Shown: positions 26,545 to 38,430 of the stretch, in pieces
Layout: every line of letters starts with the position of its first letter
Position numbering within the stretch: position 1 is the first letter of the stretch
Source: Jimgerdemannia flammicorona
Taxonomy: Eukaryota
DNA length: 64,000 bases
Reading direction: 5' to 3'
Assembly: GCA_003990765.1 (NCBI GenBank)
Contig: RBNJ01000007.1
Span: forward strand, 1 to 64,000
Notes under the pieces: model-generated
Database searches by the model: none
Told to the model about the DNA's origin: nothing
Seen by the model: the letters and a program-made list of their open reading frames with translations, nothing else
Position numbers and translations under genes: made by a program

Positions 26545-27099
26545 ATGTCTGCTGCTCACCAAACCTCAAGGTCAAGAAACCACCAAGATACCTCAGTTGA
26601 AGAAAGGATGTTTCAAGACATCAGAAGAGCCATGAGGACCCATACAAGAAGGACTCCTAGCCTCAACCTGGGTACTGCAGATTCTTATCACTTTATTCTC
26701 TACTGTCATAAAATGGAAATAAGGATCACCATTGCTACTGAATGCCTCTAAATGTAGCAGGAGTACAAAATAGGAAACCTTCTTTGCTGGGAGTTCCCAC
26801 AGGCCAGCCCTCAAGAGTTACAAGATACCACTTCCATAGATATATATAAAACAAGGACAGCTAAGAAGATTCATCAGATCTTCAGACATGCACTATGGTC
26901 GATCCCCAACTTGGAGTATATTAGAGTCTCAGATTTCAGAGATCTGTCAGCCTGCTATATCAATGTACTAGAAGTCAGGGTAGCTACAGAAGCCCAGTCC
27001 ACCATCACTCTCAATAGTAATGAAGTAGAAGACTTCTGGCATTCTATCCTTCAGGATAACCTAGATCAATTCCTGCAAGGATTGATCTCAGTATTCTAA
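26545..27099 (+). pseudogene. 184-codon ORF inside family B 5' LTR, unknown function
   Basis: MSAAHQTSRS...MFQDIRRAMR...EYKIGNLL...LISVF*. Same length at 38684-39238, and at 22343-21790 with a 1-nt deletion. Confidence 0.8.
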
Positions 27100-27707
27100 G
27101 GCCCAAGCATCCAGATTAGACCTCCCTAAGACCCCACATTTATTCCCTATTTTGTGGAAGAGAATCTCATAGACTGGAGAGCCCCGACCTCCTTGTTCCC
27201 ACTACTGCTAAATGTGATGACATCATTGGCAATGATGTCATCTCACATGATATGCATGAAGCATATGAAATACGTGACCTATGTGATGAGACCAAAATGT
27301 TCATGGATCTCATCTCCTTTGAGAACAGTGATGATGAGGATGAAGTTCCTATGATCCTGAACATTCTGCTCTAAGTCCCTTAGTTATACTGAATTATGCC
27401 AGCATCTTTTTCCTATGTAACAGCTATTCCTCCACCAGTATTCTGACCTTATGACTCAGAGTTATTCTAGCACTATTTTCCTGTATCACTGAAATTATAC
27501 CAGTATTCTGAATCTGTGTAACCATCTATACCAACCCTGGAACTTGGCAGTTTTCTATATTTCAGCATTTTATTTAGTTATTGGAATTTATATTTAGCTT
27601 TATATCTTAATTATATTTTGTATAAATATCCTTTTTTTTTTTTTTTATAGTCTCTTGGACTCCATCTTTATTACCAGTCTATGAATAAGTATACAATAAC
27701 ACCCCCT

Positions 27708-30700
27708 CTACCCTATCCCCCTCGGGGGACCTCTCCCCTCCTCTACACATATAAAGACCACCCTCTCACCAACAACTCCAACTCTCCCACCACTCTGACC
27801 ACAGATTTTCACCACCAAGTGGTACCTCTGACCCCCCTGCAGCCCCCAACCAAGCCACCAGCCTGTCAAGGTATCCTCCATAAGGTACTGCCACCGTGAT
27901 AACCGGCTCCCCAAGCTCTGCCACCTCTCCTCCTCAAATATAAATAGCCAGTGACTGGCCAGCCCCACCCAAATAGCCAATGCCCAGCCTAGAGTAATCC
28001 ACTCCTCCCCTACCCCTCCTATCAATCGATCCCTCAGGTCCTCCCACCTCCCCCGTACATCATCACCCCTACGCCTTACCCCCAAGCGGTCCCCAATGGT
28101 CTGCCAAAAGTCTCCCAACACCTCACACTCCCCAAGCCAATGTTCTGGCGTCTGTACAAATCCCCCTTCCTGCCCTACATTATGGCACTCCTCGCAGTCA
28201 AAGCAGCCCCCTACAACGAGATGTCCTGAGCGGAAGTTAAGCATCACATTCCTCCTCAGCATATGCCACCAGACCACCCAGTACTTCGGCAGCATCCAAT
28301 TTTTCACCATGGCACTCCAGGTCCAAACCCCCTGCCAGTCCCACTCCTCGCCAATTCTGACTCCTTGCCAATCACTAGGCCACAGATCCTGGCCTGGTCC
28401 CCTTTGGCATTCGATTCCATCACCAATGTTGAACTCCAGCAAAGGCATGCCTCCCAGAAGAATGCCATCCCATCTCCACATCGCCGGGCCCCAAGCCCTC
28501 TCCCCCTCATCCCCTTGCCAGCAGATACCAATGCGGTGTGCCCCCTCAGCTATCCCCCACCAGAAACCTTTATAACGCAGTTGCCCAGTGTTCTGAAGCC
28601 CAACTAATGAAAGAAGATCACCCGTCAAGCCTCTTGGTGATGTCTGCCTCTCCCACACCTTCTGCAGCAAGGGAACCCAGCCCCCTCCACACAACTCCAC
28701 TGCCCTCCTGAGCCACCATGCCCTCAAGCAGTGTAGTCTTTTGGGGAAGTCCACCAGCCCAAGACCACCTCTCGCCACTGGTAGGGACAGTGTTTCCCAA
28801 CCAATCTGACTCCGTCTGCCAGCCCAAATCCATCCCTTGGCCACCTTCATCAATCGCTTCACCACCCAGGCTGGGAAGTCCAGATAATAAGTCAAATACC
28901 ACAGTTTCGGCATCCAGTATACATTCAAAATCAAGATCCTTCCTGCCAGAGAGAAGTGTCTTCCCCCCCAACCCCACAGGACCTCCTCCCAAATTCCAAT
29001 CCTCTGCTCCCACCATGGCCTGGGCAGAACAGATCCATAGACTGACAAATATATGCCCAAGTACCGCACTGCCTCTCCGGTGGGGACAATTGTTCCAATA
29101 ACCTCTCTGCCCACCAGTCTGTTACCCAGCACCATCGTTTCGCACTTGTGCCAATTCAGCTTTGCCCCAGAGTTCTCCTCATACCACTCCACTGTCTTCT
29201 TGAGCTCCTCGACATCCGCAGGTACTCCCAAACCAACCACCATGTCATCTGCAAAGGCTCCAACTTTCCAGCCAATTCCATAGATAGAGAGCCCCACAAT
29301 CCTCCGCCGAATTCAGTCCATTAGAGGCTCTAAGGAAAGTGCATACAAAATGGGGGACAGTGGGTCCCCCTGGGGCACTCCCCTACCCAGAGGGAATACT
29401 ACCCCTCTATGTCCATTATACACGAGCGCAGCCCTACTCCTTTCCAGTAGGCTGACTATCACCGCCCAAAATGGGACCGGAACCCCAATCCTATCCAACA
29501 CTTTCGCCAGCCAGACTCGCTGCACCCGGTCATAGGCCTTCTCCTGGTCCAAGAAGACAAGACGCCCATCCAGTCCACAGGCTCGAGCACCTTCAATAAC
29601 TCCATGTACTCAGGCCATGCCATCTCGAATAAGCCGACCCCCTATGAAGCCCCTCTGCTCAACACCTATAATTTGCTGGGCCACCTTCTGCAGCCTTGCG
29701 ACCACCACCTTAGTCACCAACTTTCTGTCCATATCTAGCAACATTATCGGCTGCCAGTTCTTCCAATCCTCTCACCTTCCCTTGTTCTTATAAAGCAGTG
29801 TCACCAGCCCAAGATCCTGCTCCCCCACCCATCTCCCTGACTGCAATATGGAGTCACACAGTGCTGTCAACTCTCCCAGTATGCCTGGGACTCCAACCAT
29901 TTGCTTCCAGAAGTCCCAGGGGAGGCCATCCTCCCCTGGCACCATACCTGAGGCTGTCGCGGCAAGAACCTGGTGGATCTCGTCCTCCTTTACAGGCATC
30001 ACCAGGTCACCTAATCCCTCAGCTCGTGGAGGGTGCCAATCTTCTAATGTATGGTCAATGGCTATAGCATCTGCCCCACTCTCCTCCTCACTCCACAATG
30101 CACTCCATCATGCCTTCAGCATTCCAAGGATATTCTGTACACTATGCACTAGTCTACCATCCAAGTCCAGTATCCCTTCTCACCGCTGCTGTACCCTCCT
30201 CACTTGAAGCGTCCTCATAAGAAACTTGGAAGGCCTCTCCCCTTCCTCCAGCCCCTGCCAACGAAGCTGTGCCACCAGGCCTTGCACCCTTGACTCTTCC
30301 TCTTCCCTCAGCACCTGTTGTAGTTCCCCAACCTCTATCTTCACTCTTATTATTCTCCAATCCTCTTCTCCCTCCACTATTGCCAGACTCACCCACTCCT
30401 CCAGAAGCCCAGCCAATCTAGTAGAAGCCCAATGCACTCTCTGCCTTCGCTGCCTCCCAACCACTCTGCCAGCCTCACTCCAATACATCCTGGCCATCTC
30501 TTTCATCCTCCTCCACCGAATCCCAATTATAGCCCCTTCCTGCTGCCACTTCGCCACCTTCATCTGAATGTCTTTTGCCCACTCCTCCCACCAGGACTCG
30601 TCATCCAACAAGGAGGAATTCAGGCGCCAATGTCCAGGCCCATCACCACTACTCCCAAAACACCCCTGTCCCAAAAGGCCCCAGTGATCTGACCACGGAC

Positions 30701-31364
30701 ACCACTCTACCTCCAGCCCCTTCCAGACATCACGGCCCCAACAGTCGGCCATCAGAATCCAGTCAATCCTTGTCCCCAGACCTCCAGCCCAATGCGTATA
30801 CACCCTCTGATCCTCCCAGTACTTCCTACCAGCATCCAACATCGCTCCTAGCCTTTCGACCTCCTCCCACATCGCCAGCCCCCCACTCCTACTCTCAGCA
30901 CCCCGTCCTCCATCAGTTCTATCCAGCCGTATATCCCGAACCATATTGAAATCTCCTCCAAGTATATCCAACCCAGCTTCAGCAAGGGTCCCACTCTCCA
31001 GGAGACCTTTCACCCAATCCACATGCTCCCCCTGCACAGCAGGGCAGTAACAGGAGCCAACTGTAACTGGCTCCCATCCTGCACGAATCCACTCACCCCA
31101 GACCAGTCTCTCCCCCCAGCTCCTCACATCCTGTATCTCCCCTCTGCCTTTCCGAACCAGAATTCTGACCTTGCTGTTCCAAATCGCCATGCCACCCCAT
31201 TCCTTAGTCCATTCCATCCTATCAGAATCATCCTCGCACCTGACATCCTGCAGGAGGAAGAGATCGGCCTCTAATCTCTTCAACCAAATAAAAATGTTCC
31301 TGCGTCTAACTGCACCCCTAAGCCCATTCATGTTCAAAGAAAAAATATTGGTTGTACTGTTCAT
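27708..31364 (-). pseudogene. LINE ORF2: AP endonuclease + reverse transcriptase + C-terminal Cys/His finger
   Basis: SLNMNGL, LQD, GGDFN, RIDW and SDH (APE). LDQEKAYDRV, GVPQGDPLSP, FADD and YLGI (RT). CEEC...HWLGEC. One frame with five internal TGA stops. Confidence 0.93.
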
Positions 31365-31397
31365 AATGATGAAATATGGTTTGTTTGCAATCAATCC

Positions 31398-33428
31398 CTA
31401 CTGCTCCATGCCCATCTCCTCCTGTGCCATGTCCAGATTACGTTCAGCCATCACCTCCTCCTCTTCAGCCCTCTGAGCCTCCAGTCCAGCCAACAGCTCA
31501 TTCATCTCCTCATCAGCCTTCTCCTCAAACTCCTCTCTGTACTCGATGCAAGCCTTCTGCCAAAGCTGCAACCCATGACATCTGTTCCAACAGTATTCAG
31601 CCTTCTCCCCAGCGACAACTGCCAACTCTGCCTCCCTCTCCTTGTCCACCTCATACCCTTCCTCCTCCAGATATACCGTGAGAATTTCCGCCTTCAGTGC
31701 CATCGCCACTCCTTCCCCCTGCAAAATTCTTGCCCAGTGCTCGTCACCCATCCCATGCAAGTCCACCTCCCCCAGCTCTTCTGCTGCCAGGTTGTTCATC
31801 ATCTGGCACATCCAAAGTAGGTTCCCCACCTCCTTCCCACCAGGGGTCGCCGGCCGCCCTCCATCCAGCATTGTAGTGTCAGCTCCAGCACTCACATCCT
31901 CATCCCATACCTCCGGGACATCCACCAGTTCCTCCTCCCCAGCCACCACTACCTGGTCCCCATCCATTACTTCCGGAATGCTGAATTTCACCTGCTGGGT
32001 CCCCAGCATCGTCATGTCCTCCCCAGATTTGTTCCTGGAAGCCGAGCCATGCCTGATAAGAGGGGAAGGGGTGGGGGAGTTTTCCAAGACTTCCTCCCAA
32101 ACCTCGAAGGTGCCATCCACATAAGGGTCGCTAATTGTCCCCTCTTTTGCCTTCCCTGTCTTTGCCCCATCCTCCCCACTCCACTCACTAGCCCAGACAC
32201 TCGCTCCAGCCCCTTCTGCACTCATCTTCATGCTCACATCCTTCTGTGGTCCACCCCCCAGTTTAGCCAGCAGCTCCTTCTACCTCTTCCGCCCCTGAGC
32301 CCTTTCTCACTGCACCTTGTCCACTCAAATCCTCTTTCCATCCACCACCTCCAGGTGTGTCGACTCCTCGAAAGTCTTCCAGGCCTTGGCACACCGTTCC
32401 ACAGCCCCATCCAGCTCCTCCAGCGCTTCCAATAAATCCTCCTCCTCTTCTTCACTTCCTTTCACCCGCATCACCTTGCACAGGAATGTACCCCAAACCA
32501 TCGCCGAAGGCCAGTCCCTCGTCTTCCCAGTACCCTCCTTTCCGGCCAGCCGAATCCTCACATCCACGTCCCCAGTCCTGAGCATGGTCCCTTCAAAGAC
32601 CCTGAATCTGATATCCACTACCTCGCCGTACTCCGCCATGACATCCTCCACTCTCTTCCGCGTCTCCATCACCATCACCGTGGGGACTCCTTTCACCAGC
32701 AGTTGGACCACCCTTGGATCTCATTTCAAACATCTCGCCATCAGAACACATACCTCTCCAACCACCAACTCAATCCTCAGTGCCTCCTCCAGTGGTTCGA
32801 CCTCCTCAAAACCCACCTCTACCCCTTCCAGTCCCTTCAGGAACTTTACCGAAGCCACTCCAGCCACCTACTTAGCGATAAGCCCCAACACCATTTTCGC
32901 TGTCACTGCTAAGCCCCGGAAACACAGCATGACTGCAAACGCTGAGATCGACTTCTTGAGTAACGGAGCCACCGCCAGTCCCATTACACCATCCACCAGA
33001 TCTCCGGGCCTCATGCCCTTCCCATCACTCGGCTCACCATCAGCAGTCCCATCTAGATTTTTTTCCAGATCACCCGTCACACCCCCATCAGCAGTCCCCG
33101 CCCCAGCCGCTACCCCCTCAGCTCCACTCCTATGGCCCTCCAGAGAGGTACCCCCAAGAGGTTGCTACCTGGTAGCCTTCACTGGTACCTTCCCCCCTTG
33201 GAGCCAGCTCTCCAGTCCAGCCCCTTGCTGACCCCCCTTCACCTTCTCCGCAAAGCTCACCCTGCCTGACCCTTGACCTCCAGCTCCACCCCCTCCTCCA
33301 CTGCAGCCTCCCACCAGCAGGCCCCTCATACTTCCCCCCAAGCCGGGGCCTCTCCCCACTTGCTGCCATTCAAACGCTCTAGGGCCACCCTGCCCAGTAC
33401 GCACCTCCGGATGCTCGTTGGTCACCAT
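31398..33428 (-). pseudogene. LINE ORF1 (RRM-like region, acidic coiled-coil tail)
   Basis: ORF-track fragments 33428, 33080, 32711 and 32237 share one frame, with six internal stops. VKGVP...YGEVVDIRF...LRTG segment resembles Tx1-type ORF1 RRM. Confidence 0.8.
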
Positions 33429-33799
33429 AATACTAGTAGCTTTTCTCCAGAAACTGTATCAAAAGTATTGCCAAAGCTTGTGTAACCTGAATGTTACTGG
33501 AGAAAGGATGTATAAATATCCTTCTTATTTCCTCTGAAATAAAGTCAGTCAAGTTCACTTATACACAATTTCTTGCAAGCAATCTAGAAGATAATAAGAC
33601 AGTTTAAAGATAAGAAGTTTGAGGACTATAAAATCTTGAGAAGGCACCCCAATAAGAACTTGTTTATAACAAACTTGAGTTAGTCTAAGAGATATATCTT
33701 GAAGAGAATCTGATATATTTGAAGGACTCAGCAAACACTATGTGACAACTTGGTACCTATTGGCTGGTAATTCAAGATGAATCTCTCACTTTCAAGCTG

Positions 33800-36700
33800 A
33801 AAAATGAACAACCACCACAACAACTACTCTGACTACAAGAGTCACCCCTATAAGAATTCAAGATAAGATGGAAATGTATTCCCCCACATTCTATAGATAT
33901 ACTACTAAAGAGTCAATTCTGACCTCCATTGAAGACTTTGAACAATTTGCCACTATATGAGCCCTTAGTATGGATGCACAATTGGCTCTTCTACCAGTCA
34001 ACCTCAGAGGACCTGCCAGAGACAAGTTTAATATAGCCACTATCACTGATAATGGTGCAGCCAAACTTGCCAACATAAAGGCCTTCCTCAGAACAATATA
34101 CTATACTGAAGAGATCAAATAAGCTCTCAAGGATCAACTCAATACTATCTGCCAGGGACTCAGTGAAGATCCCAACTCATTCTATACCTGGATCTGCCAC
34201 CAGATTGTCTTGGCTGGCTATAATGATCACCTCAAGGAACAAATAGCAGATTCAACCTTCCTCAAAAAAGTTCACCCTGAAATTGCCCTAGCAATCTGGT
34301 CTATCCCAGCTGTACTGACTCTTGATCAGAAAGTGGTCTTTGTACAGAGATATTGGACTATCAGACACCCTGCCAAACACTCAATGGAAAAAATAACTAG
34401 CATCAAGATAGAGCCATCAAAGCCAACTAGTATCATACCCACCACAGTTGTAAACAGACAACTATCCTCACTTACCCCCAAGGCAATCAAAGTTGACCTA
34501 GTGAAGGAACTTGCCAAGCAGTTTACCGAGATGACTGCATATATTGGTGATGTTGTTAGAGAAGTCTGAAGTACCAACAGGAGACCAGTGCAGAGATTTG
34601 CAGCTGCTACAGAAGAATACAATATCACATATTTCAAATGTGGAGAAGAAGGCCACTATGAAAAGAGTTGTAGGACTGAAACAAGATGCAAAGCCCAACC
34701 AAGCAATGCTAGCAGAACCAGAGAACAAACCAATATAGTAGTCATCAAGAAGATTGGTGACACTGATAATAAATAATACTATAAGGAGCTTGAATTCTAC
34801 CCTGCTACTGAAGGTACCAGAACCCAGTCCAAGCCCTATGATAAGAAGAGCAACTGTAAGCCAGTTGGAAGACCAAAGAAGACCCCAGCTATCACTATCC
34901 AAAGCAAGACGCAACCTAAGGAGATTGATCAAGACATAGAGTTAGAGGAAGCTACCCACCAAATCATTGAAGACACTACTTCAGTCTTAGGAGAAAGTGA
35001 AAGCAAGAAGGAACAGAAGCTGCATAAGACTAAGATCTACTAGTATAATATCTACAAGGACCTTAAGGAACAGAAGGTCAATGCTACTTTTGGACAGCTA
35101 GCCAAAGTCCCTGCCTTCAGACAGTAGTTAAGAGTAGGACTTACAACTATTGCCAAGAATCAAGAGTACAAGATTGTAGAAACTCATGATGTATAAGAAG
35201 ATGATCAAGAAGACTCAGGTGAAGAATCTGAAGACTAGCACAAGACATCAGCCTATACCCCATGTCAGATCAAAGATTGTATCTTTAATACCATCATTAA
35301 TATCAGTACTGGAGGATACCTCATGAGCAAGAAGGCAATTGACCATTTAGGCTGGAACATTGAAGAGTCCACCAAGATGGTCTATATCACAGCAGATGGT
35401 ACATAAGCTACCCCTCTTAGCAAAATCTGAGAAGTCTCCATCAAGATAGGAGGAGCTACCATTCCAGTAGATGTGATTATTACAAGTGCCACCAACTATG
35501 ACATTCTCATTGGCAACCAATGGCTTCACAAGGCCAAGGCCATCATTGACCTCAATGCCCAGAAGATACAGATCAATTATAGAGAAAGAAAGGTACAAGT
35601 CTCTATCAATATCCACAAAGGAGTTCTATCAGACATGGAGAAAGGAGATGAAGAGGACACAGAAGTCTTCATACACTCAGTGAACAAGAATAAGAACAAG
35701 ACACCCAAGCTCACAGATAAGCAGTGGTACAATAAGATCATTGATAGCTATGCTCCTTAAGGAAGATGCCCCCATGGTACTAAGATGTACTGCTCTGAAT
35801 ACTTGAATAACTGCTGGTTCTGTATCAGTAAAGTCAGAAAAATCTGCCAACAGAAGCATGAGCAAGAAGCTGCTGAAGCAAAAAGGAAAGCTAAAGAAAA
35901 TGACCAGCCTCTAGAGCTGCAAGCTGACAGTGATGATGAGGAGGAATAAGAACCAGATATCACCCTCAAGGTCAAGAAGTTTCACCCTGAAGCCAAGATC
36001 CCAGAATACAAGACTGAAGGAGCCATAGAAATAGACCTTGCTAGCATTTAAGATGCTACTCTTGAACTATAGGCCACTACCCTACTTGGCACTGGAATTA
36101 GAGTCAAGTTGCCAGAGAACTATGCTGGAATTATCAAGACCAGGAGCAGTCTGGCCAAAAGAAAAATCTCAGTTAAAGGAGGAGTAATTGACCCTGATTA
36201 CACTGGTGAGATCTTTCTCATAGTTAGAAATCACAACCCCACTACTCCATTTGAAGTCAAGAAGTATGAAAGGATTGGCCAGATGCTGATCCACGAAATC
36301 AAGAAGTCCAAGATCACTGAAGCCATCAAACTCATCAAGACCAAGAGAGGAGAACAAGGCTTTGGATTTACTGGAAGAGGAGCCTATACTGCTACCAAGA
36401 TTACCGAACTTGAACACAAGAAAGACAGGGACCAGAACAAGCACACATATACCATTGGAGAAAACTTTCCCCTAGAAGAACAACTTCTCAAGATCCTGCA
36501 CCAGAACAAAGAAATACTTGCTACAGACTTCAGAGATATCCACAATCAAGAACCCAAGCACTATCATGAAGTTAATACTAGTGATACCAAGCCCATCTAC
36601 CAGAAAGCCAGACCTATACCACCTGCCTATAGAGAATGGCTGCAAGCAGAACTCAAGGAAATGGAAGAAGCTGGAATTATCAAGCAAGCTATCAGTCCCT

Positions 36701-38075
36701 GGGCTTCACCCATTGTCCTTGCCCTGAAGAAAGGAAGTAAGTCTGGAGAGTTTGCCCTAAGACTCTGTATTGACTACAGGAAGCTCAATACAATTACCAA
36801 GAAGGATAGACAGCCCTTGCCAAATATTCAAGAAATTCTTACCACTCTTGGAAACAAAGCCAAATACTACACCACCTTAGATCTATTCTCAGGTTTCTAT
36901 CAGATTAGTCTCACTCAAGATGCCAGTGAGAAATCAGCCTTCATCATACCTGATGCTACCTATATCTACCTGTGAATGCCATTTAAAATGTGCAATACCC
37001 CAGCAAGTTTTCAATGAATGATGAATAGAGTCTTCAGCAATGAGATTGGAAAATGGCTCTTTGTCTATGTTGATGATGTGATCATCTTCAGCAATACTGC
37101 ACAGGAATATATCAACTATATATAGCTAGCTCTCAAGAAGCTCAAGGAGTATGGCCTCTACATCAAGCCCAAGAAGTGCAAGTTTATAGCTTAGGAAATC
37201 ACCTACCTAGGACACCTCATCAATCAGACCAGAATCCATACAAATCCTATGAAGATTGAGGCTGTTGCAGCCTACCTGAGACCCAGAACAACTACAGAAG
37301 TCCATGCCTTCTTTGAACTGGCCTCCTACTACAGAAGATTCATCAAAGGATACTCCAATATTGCAGCACCTATCTACAAGCTACTGAATAAGGAAACCAA
37401 ATCTGCCACTACAAGACACCAAGGCAAATTATCACAGACTGTAGCACAGAATTTGTCAATGGATTCCATGAGATAATATATCAGAAATACAAGATTCAGT
37501 ACATCAAGACCACTGTGTACTACCCTCAAGAAAATGGACAGACAGAGAGAACCAATAAGACTCTCAAGAACATCCTAGTGAAGATCTCAGAGACATATGA
37601 GAATTGGGATAACTACCACCCAACTGCTCTCTCTGTCCTATGAGACATATAGTTACAGAGTACACACTTTACCCCAAGAGCACTGCTCTTTGGAGAAGAA
37701 GATTCTGATGGAACCTCAGCCACAAATCTAGACCTAACTTGGAGATAGGTTGATGCAGAAATCCAGAGGCTATACCAAATTAGGAAGAAGGCTGAAGATT
37801 ATATCATCAAGTCATAAGCACTGATAAGGAAGAATGCAGAAAAGAATCACAAGACCCTAGAACCCATCCAAATCAGAGAAAAGGTCCCACTATATTGAAA
37901 TATGGTAGAAGCCTCATGGTCATGAAAACTGGAGCCCAAATAGGAAGGACTCTTCTATATATAAGATATTAAGGGAACTACCTTCTGGCTTAGAAAAATC
38001 TCAGGAACCATACTGCCTACCATGGTATATAGGAATAGACTCAAGAAGTACCATGAACCTATACAAGAGAAGTAA
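33800..38075 (+). pseudogene. Family B gag-pol remnant
   Basis: Knuckle [C]FKCGEEGHYEKSC at about 34630-34670. Protease at about 35250-35610. dUTPase RSSLA, GGVIDPDYTG, RGEQGFG at about 35960-36375. RT SPWASP, CIDYRKLN, LDLFSGFYQI, YVDD (about 37067-37078). Jumps at about 37400 to the integrase core (NGQTERTN). Confidence 0.92.
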
Positions 38076-38430
38076 AACGTGATAACTGCTTGTAAGGTTC
38101 TAGTCTGCAAATTGTAACAGCATGTCCTGTAACCAGCAGGCTATCTGTCTGGACTATTCTCTAAGGGATATGATACCAGCAACTACTCATCTGTGAGACT
38201 TTTGAAGCCAGAGGAGTTCAAACCATCAACTGATTGGTCAAGATCAGAATCAGGCCCTTGCTCTATATGAAGGGAGCAACTCTTCACCATTACACCAAAA
38301 TACAAAGAGAAGACACTAGTCCATAAATACCACTTTTTGACCCCTTGCCAGAGGTTATGGGATTAGCAAATTTTTCAGGACTGGACTAATGAATAAGGAT
38401 ATTCAAGAAGATCCTTATTCAGAAGAAAGA

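Larger units (their letters stand above)
27634..33508 (-). mobile_element. Full-length non-LTR retrotransposon (L1/Tx1-type LINE)
   Basis: 15-bp TSD TGTATAAATATCCTT (27619-27633, 33509-33523); poly(A) tail (T run 27632-27646); two ORFs; GC-rich relative to surroundings. Confidence 0.95.

Noticed and set aside
27708-31364. TGA stops as an alternative genetic code or read-through
   Set aside because: ORF1 also has TAG stops, neighbouring genes end in TGA (UFD1, TFC1), and transitions explain all cases.
28096-33485. Plus-strand Pro/Ser-rich ORFs over the LINE
   Set aside because: Antisense shadows of a GC-rich coding strand.
33731-33747. Different termini of B 5' and 3' LTRs suggesting a chimeric element
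   Set aside because: All but one difference are transitions from a common ancestor, and the TSD matches.
38100-38420. Possible env-like ORF between integrase and 3' LTR of B
   Set aside because: Too short and interrupted in all frames, with no transmembrane or other motif.
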